Positions 27,623 to 40,196 of a stretch of 64,000 bases of DNA are shown piece after piece (within the stretch, counting starts at the first letter, position 1; every line of letters begins with the position of its first letter). The translations under genes and the position numbers were made by a program. Below the pieces are notes generated by a model. That model did no database searches and was not told the DNA's origin. It worked only from the letters and a program-made list of their open reading frames with translations. The stretch lies in contig CAIIXF020000001.1 in NCBI GenBank assembly GCA_903813345.2, forward strand, positions 29,884,001 through 29,948,000, given 5' to 3'. The stretch is from Owenia fusiformis (lineage: Eukaryota).

Positions 27623-29670
27623 CATAGTTACACCTGAATACTAGTCTTTGTGTGTAATCTGCTATGATGGTAACTGAATCGTCTAGACACTGGTCACGCC
27701 AGTTGTCACAATCTAGAGCCACAATCCTATTGTTTGCCTAGACACTGGACACACTCCACTGTGTGCAATATGGCTGCCCATATTGGGAGCCAATCAAAAG
27801 TGTACATATATTCACTGCTGACTCAGAATGCTCACTTGTTAACATAAATCCACTCAGCCATGAAACGTAGATTCAATATCCGTGAAATTATCCATGCCTA
27901 GTTGAGATTCACTTCCTGGAAAGTAGTCCATAATAATGTTTTAGGTATGAAAATTAATCTAATGCTTGGTTTTCTGTGTAAGCTCATTATTAACTGTTAA
28001 TGCAATCATAGCGCGGAAAATCTCTCTCACATGAAAATAAAAACTATTATTTAATATCTACTATTTCAATGATGCAACAGGATTCAGTATACAAAGCGAC
28101 AATCTACTTCAGTTTAAAATTGAATGGATAATTTGAGTAAACTGTGAGTGCAGTTTAAAATCAAAATATTGCTCAAATATCAAATAATGTGTGCATTGCA
28201 CAATGAGGTGTAATATAGAAGATAGTTTGGTGCTGTATTGGTGTATGAAGGAAGATAGCATAAGAATAATATTTGAATATTGTCTTGTTACTCACATTGG
28301 AGATTTATAATGTATTTTGAAATTAAGATAAGCTATTTAATATAATTGTTCTGCCATTCATTAATAAATCACTATTGAGGTTTTCAAATTTTTATTGATA
28401 GTTTTCCTGTGTAGAAAGCATTTATATTTTAAGATGTTTGAAATATTCAATCATCTTGCTTGAGCATTTGATTATTATATAGATGTATTAAACATTCCAG
28501 TGTATAATTTCTAATTTGCTTTTGCATTTAGTCTTCAAAGCGCTATATTTAATCATTCCTGTACCTTGCTTATCTTGTGTTATATCTATATGGAATATAC
28601 CTTCCACATACAGAATTTGTGAGCGTGCTTAATGTTTTATCTTTTATATTGTCAAGTGTACCACGAGTTGCTATTATCTGTATATATTTTGTTTGCCATA
28701 AAAGGGTGTATGTATATATATAGTAAGCCACCTATGGGGTAAAAGCCACGGTACTCGCTGTACATTGTAATTATCATAGACTTATTGAAATGTACATGAA
28801 ATTTAAATATTTTTGCTACCAGAATATTTAGAATAGAATAGTTTAGTTTGTGTTAACACAGGGTTCCTGAGAAACAGCAGAATAATGAAATGTACACGCT
28901 AAAACTTGATCTCAAAATATTTGCCAAGTTGGGGTATGAAGTTTTAAAGATGTAATCTTATTTATTTATTTTGAAACCCCTATGTATTTTGAGGCACCCT
29001 TATCAAGTATAGATTTAATGAACAGTAGTTTCATGTAGTATGTTAACAGTGTTACATGTACAAATGTAAATTGAGGTAGTTTTAGTTTAAAGGTGAAGGG
29101 GCCATTGCAATTTAAACTTTAAACAATAAAAAGTGCAAGTAAAACTAATGTGCAAAATGAAATGCAAGTAAAACTGATGTGCAAATTCATCTAAATTCAT
29201 CGTCTTTAATTGTAGTCACCGATGATATTAAAATTCAAAATAACGGTTCACCGTTTTATGGTGTTTTGTGAAATGTGAATGTATTTTGTCTGTTCACAAA
29301 TAAAGTATGGCACTAAGAAACTTAATCCTTATTTGTTATGTCTATGTGTGGAAAAGTTCAGACAGTAAAACAACCAAATAATATTGGAGTCATTCTAAAG
29401 AGTAAACATAGCAACATTTGAATAATGCATTGTAGCAAGTCTTGATTCTGGCCAACGTGTTACCCCCTCCCCCTGCCATCCCATGATCTATTTTAAGGCA
29501 ATATTTTAGAGACCATGCCATGATATCTGGATATCCATAGTACATTTCATATACAATTGAGTAGTACTATTTTACAAGAGGTCCACCATATTTCAAGTTA
29601 ATCCTTAAAGGCTTATCAGTAGAAAAAGTGAACATCCTCTTCAACTTTTAACCAATTAACCTAAGCTTAA

Positions 29671-29874
29671 AGGCAGTATCAGATCTAGCAAGATCCTAAA
29701 GAGTACGCTTGGCAAAAATTGTTTCAATTTTAGAGTATTTTGAATCCTAATAACTTCACCGATTTATACCATATTGTGGATCTTTCGGGATTCATTATAT
29801 TTGAGATAGTAAGGAATATATTGGTAGGTCAGCTGCTTGCAATTTTGCCACTCCCTATAAATCTGATTCTGCCT
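29671..29874. mobile_element. Short MITE with TTAA TSD (Kolobok-like)
   Basis: TTAA|AGGCAGTATCAGAT...ATCTGATTCTGCCT|TTAA; the TIRs match at 13 of 14 bp. Confidence 0.65.
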
Positions 29875-31181
29875 TTAAGATTGAAGGATTATCTTGAAAT
29901 AAAGTGACTCTTTTCCCAATACTTTACTGAATTGTCTTTTGGATCATTTTCTTTTTTATTCAAATTGAAATAGTCAGGGAATTTGTGAAGTGCTCCAAGA
30001 AATGGTTTGGAAGTTTTTGTATGGCCAAACAATTCAGGGAATTTCACCTTGCCAAAAACAGATTGTAGTCAGGGGATTTCATCCAACTAGAAATACTGTA
30101 ATATTACCTTTTCATTCAGATATTCTATATTATAGTTTTTCTAACCACCCAATAGACAGAAGGTCACTCTTACTGGCTAACAATTTTTTCATATTTCATC
30201 TTCATAAACAAAAGTGGTAGATCTGATCAAATAAAAAAATGTTTGCCAAATAATTTGGCTATAAAATATGACATTTTGATTAATTGTATTTGACTGCCAT
30301 CTTTAAATACATCAACATAAATAGAGATAACCTTACATGGGATATTATAATTATCCTGAGTATTATATATCTGCCCTAGTGACTGAGATCCCAAGGGTAT
30401 AACTTCTCAGATATATGAATTATTGAGATTTTAGGTTGGTGGTGTTGCCATTTAAACTAACTCAACTAAACCTAATTAAGAAATAAGAAATAAATATGTT
30501 TCCTCCACACCCTTTGATACTCTGAACCCAGAGGCTAAAAGTACAATTCATTACACACAAATGAGTCCATCCTTTTAACCTGAAAAGTGTAGAGTAGTAT
30601 AACCAGAATTCCAAAAATGATGAGGCAAATATAAATAGGTGAGGCAAAACAATGAACAAGATTATTGCACTTTAATGGGACATACTTTATGAAAAACATT
30701 TTATAATATTTTTCAATGGTTTAGGTGAAGCTCAGATGCGAAGTAAAATAATAACTCTTAAATCTACAATTCAGATAGACACAAGTTTCTTAATAAACGT
30801 CTTTTAAATTGACCTAATCTTAAAAATAATCATCTATGTGACTATAACTCATTAAAAGCTCAAATCTGACATCAAATTTTAGATCTGACCTTTCATTGAC
30901 CATTACTTATATTAGTGACCTTCAAAAGGTCAATTTGGCCTAACTTACTAATCTATCCTAAATAAATAACGGCATCTTATAAGTAATTTACTTACTAACT
31001 AGGAAACTAATTCAATAGCAGTAACTTAATTATGGTAAAAATCATTTAAAGATATATAGTACTATTATGATAAACATTGATGAAGAAACAAGAAACCGAA
31101 GTTAACATAATAACATAACATAATTTTAACAATAATTAAAAAAAAAATTATTATCTAAATAATAACTGTTTTTTGTTGCAG

Positions 31182-32902
31182 AAACAAGGAGTGGAATGAT
31201 CAAGCAGTACGCAGTGCAGTTAAAGAACTTCTGAAAGAAATGAATCAGACCAAGTTATCACAGCTATGTCCTCTATCTCAGGTAATTGGCACTAATTCCC
31301 TCAATATGATGTTGCTTGCTTCTACATCCGTTCAGAATCTATAGTCATCTTACCCATTTTAAGTTGAAGGGATTCAAATGATAAACTTGCCTGAGTGAAT
31401 TGTTTCTTGCGATAATCATGCAAGAGAAAATTAAATTTAGACCCTGTATGGTGGGTGGGTAGGTGGAAATCCAACTAGGTATGGGGTGGTAAATTACAGA
31501 ATCCCTAATTTTAATGCTTTGATGCGATTCCTTTTTGCCCATGCAACTTAAACTGAAAGATTCAAATAAGATTCAAGAGAAATCTGCCAGGGTATACAAT
31601 CTATACCCCTATACAACAAAATCACTCCATCACTTTTTGAGAGGGGTTCACACAAATGGCTTGATGCAAGCTATTGTCAGAGCTATCTAATCTGGATGAG
31701 TTAGCAAGTTTGCAATATTTGTTTTTCCACATATGTTTTAATTCAGTCAATTCGGATATATGTCTCTGGATGAATCAAGTACCTTTATAATTGATATATT
31801 GTTTCAAAGTCATCGAGAGTACAGGATTACATTATCATGGTACTTATAATGTAGCTATATTGACATTTTCATTAATTTTCATTTCCTAACATAATACCTT
31901 GTAAAATACTTATGGTAACAAGAGCTAATCTAATAATGAAAATACTGTTACTAATTCCTTGTGTGGAAATGAATGTTTTCCTCCAATTTTTGTTTCAGAC
32001 TATGATATCCACAATTGCCAACTCAAGATATTCAGCAAAAATTTCAGAGCAAACATGTGTAGCATTTGGCCAGTGGTATGATGAATACAAGCAGCAGGCC
32101 AAAAGTAAGTACACTGCAGCTGTACAAGGCCAGAAAAATAAAGATTTGTTGTAACTTGTGATTAAGTCCCTGATGATTTTAAAAGTAGGTCTGACATTAG
32201 TTTTCTCAGTATCTTAAGTTACAGGGTGTCCAAAAAAATTGTACCCAAATGAGATGGAAGTAATATAACTCTTTTTTCTTTCATCGAAAATTTTTCAATA
32301 AGCAGTCAAAAATTCATTGAAATTTGTGAATAGCTTCATGAGTTTGAAATTTTAGATGACATGCTCTAAATGACCTCAATCATGAGCAATGCATGCATGC
32401 TGTTTGTGTTGATTGTCCAGAAAGCTAAACAGCATGCAGTTATATGTTATTCATCTGTAGTCTCAACTATCAATCTGGCAATTAAGTATTTCCAGATATC
32501 AACAAATAGCTAGTAACTCCCCCCCTGGACCCAGAACTGTTAAACCAGACCTCATGACCATACATGTACTTTGCAGGTGAAGAATTCAGCGAAGGTCCAC
32601 CTAAAGACTCAAGGATAACATTTCACCCTATGTATGAAATACCACAGATGAGACGCTGGTACAAGTCAGATAAATCACCATCTGAAGAATCGCTAAAATA
32701 TTTCCTAAATGAACTTAATAAAGGACCTGTAAGACAAGATAGACCAAAATTAACATTAGCTAAAATCAAAATATGGTGGAAAAATGAACGTTCAAGAGAA
32801 AAAAAAATTCAGAATAAAACAGCACAGAAAATGTTAGCAGAGTTGGAAGAGGAAACTGCAGGTCTGGACGATGATTCTGACTTTTCAGATATGTTGCTAT
32901 GA
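31182..32902 (+). CDS. Second 3' module: SATB-like CUTL domain plus one Dve-type homeodomain; putative isoform B of the dve/Compass locus (~354 aa if joined to exons 1-4)
   Basis: Exons are 31182-31281 (NKEWNDQAVRSAVKELLKEMNQTKLSQLCPLSQ), 31999-32104 (TMISTIANSRYSAKISEQTCVAFGQWYDEYKQQAK) and 32577-32902 (SRITFHPMYEIPQMRRWY...KIWWKNERSREKK...stop). All boundaries are AG/GT and the frame is open throughout. The first exon begins in phase 2, matching the donor at 24908/24909. AATAAA follows at 32942. Confidence 0.8.
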
Positions 32903-33103
32903 CAACTGATTTATTATTAACCTTCATGAATGGCTTATTTGAATAAAATGATGGGGGAACTCAGATGTTTCCGAATCTTGCTACTAAAAGGCAATGGCAC
33001 AATATTTGCCATACGTATAGCATTTCCTTTATCAGTTTACAAGTTGCAAAGTCTGCTACATGTATTTTTTGTATATACAGCTGTATGTTTGAAGATAGTT
33101 TAA

Positions 33104-34212
33104 TTATCCCATCGAACGAAGTTCGGAGGGATATAGGGAACGCCTCCGTCCGTCCGTCCGGGCAATAACTCCAATACCGTTGGCCCGATTTTGTTCATAT
33201 TTTGTACACATATACCCTATGGGGGTAGAAGTTCTGCTCGAAAGCTGATTTTCAAAATGGCCACTCATTTCAAAATGGCGGCCATTTTAGTGACGATTTT
33301 ACAGTAATTTAGGTGCAATATGTAAAACTGTAATAGCAATATGTTTTAAATGTAAAAAAATTATAAAGGACATTAATAATGCTACAAATGTAGATATTAA
33401 AAAAGCACATGGCAGCCATCTTGAAAAATGACAGCCTTTACTCGTCATTTTACGATTTTTGCTGTAACTCAAAAAATAGTGGAGCGATTTTGTTCATATT
33501 TGGTGTGTGAATACTATAAGCATTGCACACTGTCTAAGGACACTTTTCAAAATGGCCGCCATTTTAACGTATTTTACTATAACTCGAAAAGTAGTGGAGC
33601 GATTTTGTTCATATTTGGTATGTGAATACTATAAGCATGGCACACTGTCCTATGACACTTTTGGTAGAAGGCGGCCATTTTGAAAACAATTTTGAAAAAT
33701 GGCCGCCATTTTAACGTATTTTACTATAACTCGAAAAGTAGTGGAGCGATTTTGTTCATATTTAGTATGTGAATACTATAAGCATGGTACACCGTCTATT
33801 TCTAATGATGCTTTTGGTAGAAGGTGGCCATTTTGAGAAATGGCCGCCATTTTAACGTATTTTACTATAACTTGAAAAGTAGTGGAGCAATTTTGTTCAT
33901 ATTTGATATGTGAATACTTTAAGCATGGCACATTGTCTAATAAAACTTTGGGGAGTAGTCGGCCATTTTGAAAAATGGCCACCATTTTTATGTGTGTTAT
34001 TTTACAAGTACGTGTGCGATTTTTCAAAAATTTTAGAGGTGGCTACTTAAAAGCATATTGTTTCTTCTGATGACAACTTGGCTAGTGAGGAACCATTTTG
34101 AAAATGGTGGCCTTTCTGGTGTGTTGTTTTATGATATTTGCGCTTCGTTTGTAAAAATGCCAGCCATTTCTGTTCGATGGGATTCGCTACGCTGGCTTTG
34201 GCGTTGCCGTTG
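33104..34212 (+). mobile_element. Helentron/HINE-like (DINE-1/pearl-type) non-autonomous element with an internal ~145-bp tandem array
   Basis: Sub-terminal inverted repeat ATCCCATCGAAC (33106-33117) / GTTCGATGGGAT (34172-34183). A (CCGT)n microsatellite lies near the 5' end and a GC-rich stem-loop at ~34185-34208. About four internal repeats contain AAAATGGCCGCCATTTT...AAAAGTAGTGGAGCGATTTTGTTCATATTT. Confidence 0.8.
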
Positions 34213-34338
34213 TTCTGGTTATGATATAGCTGATAGAGAAAAATAAATTATTTTCTTATGATACCAAATTTTAATGGAGCTAAAAATCTGTGTTACATTC
34301 GATAGATCTACAGTACTGTGTTAGATGGGTTAGTGAAA

Positions 34339-35087
34339 AGGATAGGTATTGATATGGTGAACTGAATTCAACAATGTTTTTCTCTTAAACCAATTATTGA
34401 AAACATTCTGTAAATAAAAAACATGATCCTTTATGTAATGTTAACTGATTGACAACAATTTAATGCAAAATTATTTATATATATTTTATATAACTGTTTT
34501 TGTTAACATTTTTTGTTTTTTTAGTGCAATTGTTTTTTTGCAATGGTCCTTTCTAACAATTCTTCAGAATGAAATAAAAAAAATTTCCAAACCTTGTTGG
34601 AACAAAATAGCATATACAACATTTTCTTAGACCTCTCAATATTATAGTTAGACAAAGGAAATTTTGGTTGATTTAACAAAAAGCATACAAAAAATTAGAA
34701 CAAAACTCCCAAAATAGTTAAAAATTAAGATTAACCTTTTATTTCATAAACAAGATACTTTGTGAAAATCAACCAAACTTTCCTTTGTACTATTACAATA
34801 TTGAGAGACTTAAACACGTTGTGTTTATGTCGTTTTGTTCCAATGAGGTTCGGATAGATGTTTTATTTCATTCCGAACATATGATACCAAGAACAAAAGA
34901 AGTGTCTGTTTTGTTTTCTTAAACAATATATAGAAAAGTGTATACAAGGTATATATATTTCAAATTATAATGTTACCATCCAAAAGATGACCATTAAATT
35001 GACGAAGTGTAAATTTTTCAGAATCTTTTGATGACTGGTTTAAGAGAAATGTGTGTTCAAAAAGTTCACCATATCAATACCACTCCT
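34339..35087. mobile_element. Non-autonomous TIR element, copy 1 (Kolobok-like AGG...CCT ends)
   Basis: TIR AGGATAGGTATTGATATGGTGAACT / AGTTCACCATATCAATACCACTCCT, with an additional internal inverted repeat (~34567-34675 versus ~34767-34874). The same family occurs inverted at 53065-53649. The TSD is not clean. Confidence 0.7.
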
Positions 35088-36051
35088 TTACCAAAAATAT
35101 ACTTCTCCAAATATACTGTTTATATTTTGAACAAAATATACTATTAATATCACAGTTACTCTGTTGATTGATTTTTGATGAGTTTATCTACTGCTTGAGA
35201 TACTTAATTATTAATATATTTGTTACTGGTAATTGGTGCATTAATAGAATATCAAAAAAAACTGACAAAATTATTTGAGTATAATCTACAATGACTCAGA
35301 AAGCTTCACCTTGAAAATGAATTGTGTTAACAAAACAATAGCCTAGTCATGGGTTCATTTGAAGATGTTGCCTGCTGAAATGAGGTTATTACTTCTATCA
35401 CCACCTATATTGAAAACATAAGTACAAACTCGTTATTCGCCCTGGTCTATGGTTCCACCTTTTGCTCATGTCAATATCATAAAATATAAGCCTTCTGAAC
35501 TTGTAACTTAGTGCCTCGAGAACATGCCTTGCAAGGTGGTAATAATTGTGTTTAAAGTGCTTAGAATTCCCATTCCGTAAATTTTCCCAACTGTGTCTGC
35601 TTTTGAGTTAAGTGTGGCTTTGTCTTTCTTACTTGGGCCAAACTAAGATATTCCCAAAATACAACAACAAAAAATAATTCAAATATTTAATTCTGATATT
35701 GACAAAAATATATTCTTAATCTTCACAATGCATTTTAATGTACATTATATATTCAGGAAGCGACCATTAGATTATGATTTTTTCCACCTTGATTTTTTAA
35801 ATCATACGATCAAATTTCGAATTTTTACCTCAAAAATAATTTTTACCTCAAACATAATTATTTTAAAAAAAAATCCATTCCTATTTATCATATATAGATG
35901 CCAGACTAAAGGTAATGGCCATTAGATTCTCCTGATATTGAGTTATTTATTCTTTGAATGTGCCATTTTTGCCATTTGCCTTGACATTCACGTCTGTTCA
36001 CTAATCCCTTGATAACTGGCCAAAATATGATTTAGACTCATGGGCTATATC

Positions 36052-38740
36052 TCAAGATTCATCATCACTATCATCTGCTTGTAATCCACCAGAGAAAATC
36101 CTTTTCATGAATGATTTATTATTTCCAACTGCAGCATCAGAGCCTTTCTGTTTCTTTTTCTCTGGAACTTTTTCATCTTCAACACCTTTGCGCTTTCTCT
36201 TTTTATCCTGAATTTCATCTTCTGTTGCAGCTTGGTGAAACTCCCAAGGTCTAAGATTCAGTGTTCGTTCTTTTTTCTTTTCAATTCGTTTGAAAGCTTT
36301 TCGCTTTTCAATGTTATCGATATAGAAATTTGTTTCTTTTTTGACCTGGGCAATTTCAGTTCTCATACGGTGTGTGTGCACTGCACTTTCATATGCAAGT
36401 CTTTCATTTAAATGAGCCCATTTAAAGCGATGGAGGTACTTCATCATCCAGACTTCTTCATACCAGGGGCTTCTCCGTTTGCCCCCAATTTGTTTGTTAT
36501 TAAGGGTAACAGCAACTTGCTTAGCAATCTTTTTATCCTTGAACTCAATCCATCCTTCTGAGAATACTCTATTCTTCTTATGTTCTGGGGCCCTCTCTGA
36601 AAATAGAAAACTACCTGTCAAAATATTTTTCAACATGCTTTAACAAAAATTTCTTTACTCCAAACACTGGTCAAGGTATTTTGTATTTTATGGTTTTCAA
36701 TTAAACCATTACACACAATTTTTATAGTTCATGTGCCTTTAAATAAAACTTGTTTAATCCTTACGCCACTTGGACCAGCCAAAAATGTTCAGAATGGCAG
36801 GTGTTCACATTTAGAATGGCAGACTAAACAAGGCATTAACATGCAAAATGTCACAACATGCCATTTGTTGCAGATGCCATCCATCAAATGCCAAACACCA
36901 ACTGCCTAACACTACAAAAAAGTTGGAGACTATAACAATATGTCACCACTTGTTGTGGTGAAATATAAATGGGATTGGAAAATTATTTTGAGGTGTCTAG
37001 ATGAGAGAAGAGTTTAGATTTACAGGTTTTACTCTAAGTTGTCACTTGTACAAATAGCTTAAAGATAGGCTTAAAATTTTAAAAATTAACAAGAAACGGG
37101 GTTACAGATTGTTTGCCTCCAGATCATTGGAAGCAGTAGTGACGGATTAGATAAGCTACTTCATGAAAAGAGGTGAAGTATAGAGCTGAATTCAGTAACT
37201 GTAAAAAACATTTTAGAACTCCTGAAGAATAGTTCAAATCTGAGGACACTGCAACAGTTTGTGGACATGGTATAAGTAGAAGTTTTAGAGTAACTATGAC
37301 TATTATTGCCATTGGTTTCTTTACAAATCACTGTGAAATTATGTTATATAGCCTCTAATTTGAATGTTAAGTGATTACTCACATACATGTACAGTGTAGT
37401 TGTTAATGTCAATTTGAAATTTGTTCTAAAACATATTTGCATAAAGAGAAACTGCTTATATTGAGTAATTACACAACAAAAGTGTTAAAACTACTGATGT
37501 CATATACTACAACATCATTGATTATTTGTGGTAGATACATTTATTGTAAGGAAACAAATCATATGGTTATACCATCACTAAAACATACTTAAAGCTATAA
37601 CATGTTTATAGCAACAATTCCCATCTTGTCTAGGTTTCAAAATAATAAGTTAATATTATTTCAGGTGATAATTAAAAATAAAACCAATTTTTTATTTATT
37701 TCTGGTTTCTATGGTAACACCATAATATTAATTCTCAGGTCACATTCAAAAATATATTTTCCACTGTTAGAAACAAGATTTCCTACTATTATGATTCTGA
37801 TTAGGGATTGGTTTAATTCATGAATAATGGTACGGAATTCACTAAATTTAAATTATGACACTAATTGATGGAATGTATGTTGTAAACCTTATCAAAACTA
37901 CAATGATATTTTTTCATATTGAAACCATTTGGCGGCTCACTTTTATTTTACATCAAAACTAGAAAATAGCAAGAATATGACAAAAATTGAGAAATATTAA
38001 GTCAATTTTTGGACTGACGAAACATGATCGGATCCCTATGGAAATCCCAAATTGGGAAATCCCTGGAAATGGATTCTTAAAAATGGGTAACAATTTTTGG
38101 CATTCAACTGACGATACCTCAAGAAAAGCCAGAGTTTCCTGAAGATTGGCATTGCAAACGAAGCTGGCCTAAGGTAACACAAATGTGAAGAGGGGTGATG
38201 ACATATGTCTCTGATTGGTCAAAATCGAGGCCTCAAAAGTTTCGAAATGCGCTTCAGATAATATTATGTTCATTTCTGGCGAGTTAACTATTATAATAGC
38301 TAGTTATTTCACATCAATAAATGAAGATGTATGGAATATGCTTACATCGATAAAATATCACAAAGATTTATCGTATGCTACGTCCCCACTACGTTGTGGA
38401 TTTGATAACAAAAGATGTGTTATATTCGAAAACCAACTGTTGATTTAATAAGACCAAATTCGGTTGTATGGGCGACCTTCGGCTGCGGGGCATTATGGCC
38501 CAACCTCGGTTGAATGGAAAGGCTGTCTCTAATTTAACAACCGGATGTAGAGAATTGAAAATTACCATCTGGTTGAAGGAAGATTCTGTCCAATTCACCG
38601 TATACACTGAATATCTGACGTATCTTTTTAACACTCATATACGTAGGTATTCTACTGAAATATATTATTCCTGGTTCCTTTGCTTTTTTCTTCGACTTTT
38701 TGGTGGTTTTAGAAGCAACTTTTTCATTTTCAACTTCCAT
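36052..38740 (-). CDS. ABT1: Activator of basal transcription 1 / pre-rRNA processing protein ESF2 homolog, ~239 aa, 2 exons
   Basis: Exons 38740-38566 and 36596-36052 are joined by a phase-1 GT-AG intron. The motifs PGIIYFSRIP...GELDRIFLQP, FSEGWIEFKDKKIAKQVAVTLNN..IGGKRRSPWY..W.MKYLHRFKWAHLNE and RMRTEIAQVKKETNFY are characteristic of ABT1/Esf2. Confidence 0.93.
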
Positions 38741-39286
38741 TATTTCGATAGCGTAATCCCGCAGAACATGTGAAATGAACCTCCGGTAAATATATTTTTC
38801 ATCAATTCTCTTTTTATTTATATACTTTAGAAAGGGTTTAAGCCCGGGGTTTAAGTAATTTATATTTCGTATGTAGAAACGGTAAAATATGGTTTCACTA
38901 AAGGGATTTATTCAATGGGGTTATACTTTCTTGTGTTCTTGTCGATCTATTCAGATGGGCTTGGGCTAACCATGGGCTTTCAACTAGAAGGGTATGCAAC
39001 TCTATGTAATAACATGAGACCTTCAAAATGAGCAATGACATGCTTCCCTTTTATGGCAATATTTCAAAAAGTATTAGATAAATGTATATGTTTTAGTATT
39101 ATTTTGAATAAAAATCAATTTTTTAATATGATTTAAGCATAAAATATATTCAATATCATATAAAAGTAAACAAAAGGGTAGTTTAGAGAATACAACACCA
39201 AGAAAATGCATGCTGGTGGCTCCCAGAGGGTATACACATTTTTCACCAAGTGCTTTTTTCATCTCCAATCAAATTGCAGGATTCGA

Positions 39287-39335
39287 TCACGTGAACAATC
39301 ATGGGCACATGCTTTCTCAGTGCTGCGCATGCGCA
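39287..39335. promoter_or_regulatory. E-box plus NRF1-type palindrome ~550 bp upstream of the ABT1 start codon
   Basis: TCACGTGA at 39287-39294 and a perfect TGCGCATGCGCA at 39324-39335. These could instead be carried by a decayed transposon. Confidence 0.3.
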
Positions 39336-39821
39336 GAGTTAAATTTGAAATCGTGGGAATGGCGTTTACATCAGTTCAACATCGTCATTTCAAACCTACG
39401 GTAATACTATTGAAGTTACACGATCCATACTTGTAAAGAATACTCATAAAACTACAGTGAAAATTTGGAGATCCATTTCAACGGCAAATTGAGGCCTGTT
39501 TATAAAATTTGTTTTCGAACGTGCTAATATGATAGGGCATCTTTGGGGAATCTCCCCCCTGGCCAACACGGTAAAATACCGAATGGCGAAAAAAGCGAAC
39601 GCATTCCGTTCGGTCTTTGCACGCGATTGCCGTTTATGTCACGCATTTGGTACAAAATATGTGTATATATCACTCATTTGTTTCGAAAATATTCACATCT
39701 ACTATATATATTTTGCAAGTGGATCCAAGAGACCAAGTGGGCAAGTCAATTATTTTGCAGGGGTGGCATGATACACAGATTTCAATTTTGTATATAGTGA
39801 ATTCCCAGTGATTGATTTCAG

Positions 39822-40160
39822 TACAGTAAAACTGTCATAGTGAACACCTCTTTAGTGAAGATCTGTGCCCAGTGATATGCCTCTACTCTATTGAACACCT
39901 GTGTATATTATAGTGAACACCGATTCCGTCCCAGTGAGTTCAGTACAGTAAAAATATCCTAATGAACACCTCTTTAGTGAAGATCTGTGCCCAGTTAAAA
40001 CATGCGTCTACTCTATTGAATACCTGTGTATAGTGAACACCAATTCCCAGTACAGTAAAACTGTCATCATGAACATCTCTTTAGTGAAATACTGTGCCCA
40101 GCGAACATATGAGTATACTCTATTGAACACCTGTGTGTAAGCGAACACCAATTCCCAGCC
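39822..40160 (+). repeat. Three tandem copies (~107-122 bp) of a pogo/Tigger-like transposon end
   Basis: Units start TACAGTAAAA at 39822, 39944 and 40051. Each contains GAACA(C/T)CTCTTTAGTGAA...CTGTGCCCAG...TACTCTATTGAA.ACCTGTGT. Confidence 0.75.
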
Positions 40161-40196
40161 AGTGATTTCAGTAACTTTTAGAGGGGATTGTACCTA

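Noticed and set aside
30721-30750. Possible micro-exon or independent first exon for module B (ttag|GTGAAGCTCAGATGCGAA|gtaaaa)
   Set aside because: The splice signals are weak and its ATG would not be in frame with the phase-2 exon at 31182.
32496-32576. Alternative upstream acceptor for the last exon of module B
   Set aside because: In the required phase it hits a TAG within a few codons.
33420-33990. Regularly spaced repeats, superficially CRISPR-like (also 39822-40160 and 48621-48920)
   Set aside because: The whole units are repeated with no unique spacers, the context is eukaryotic, and there are no cas genes.
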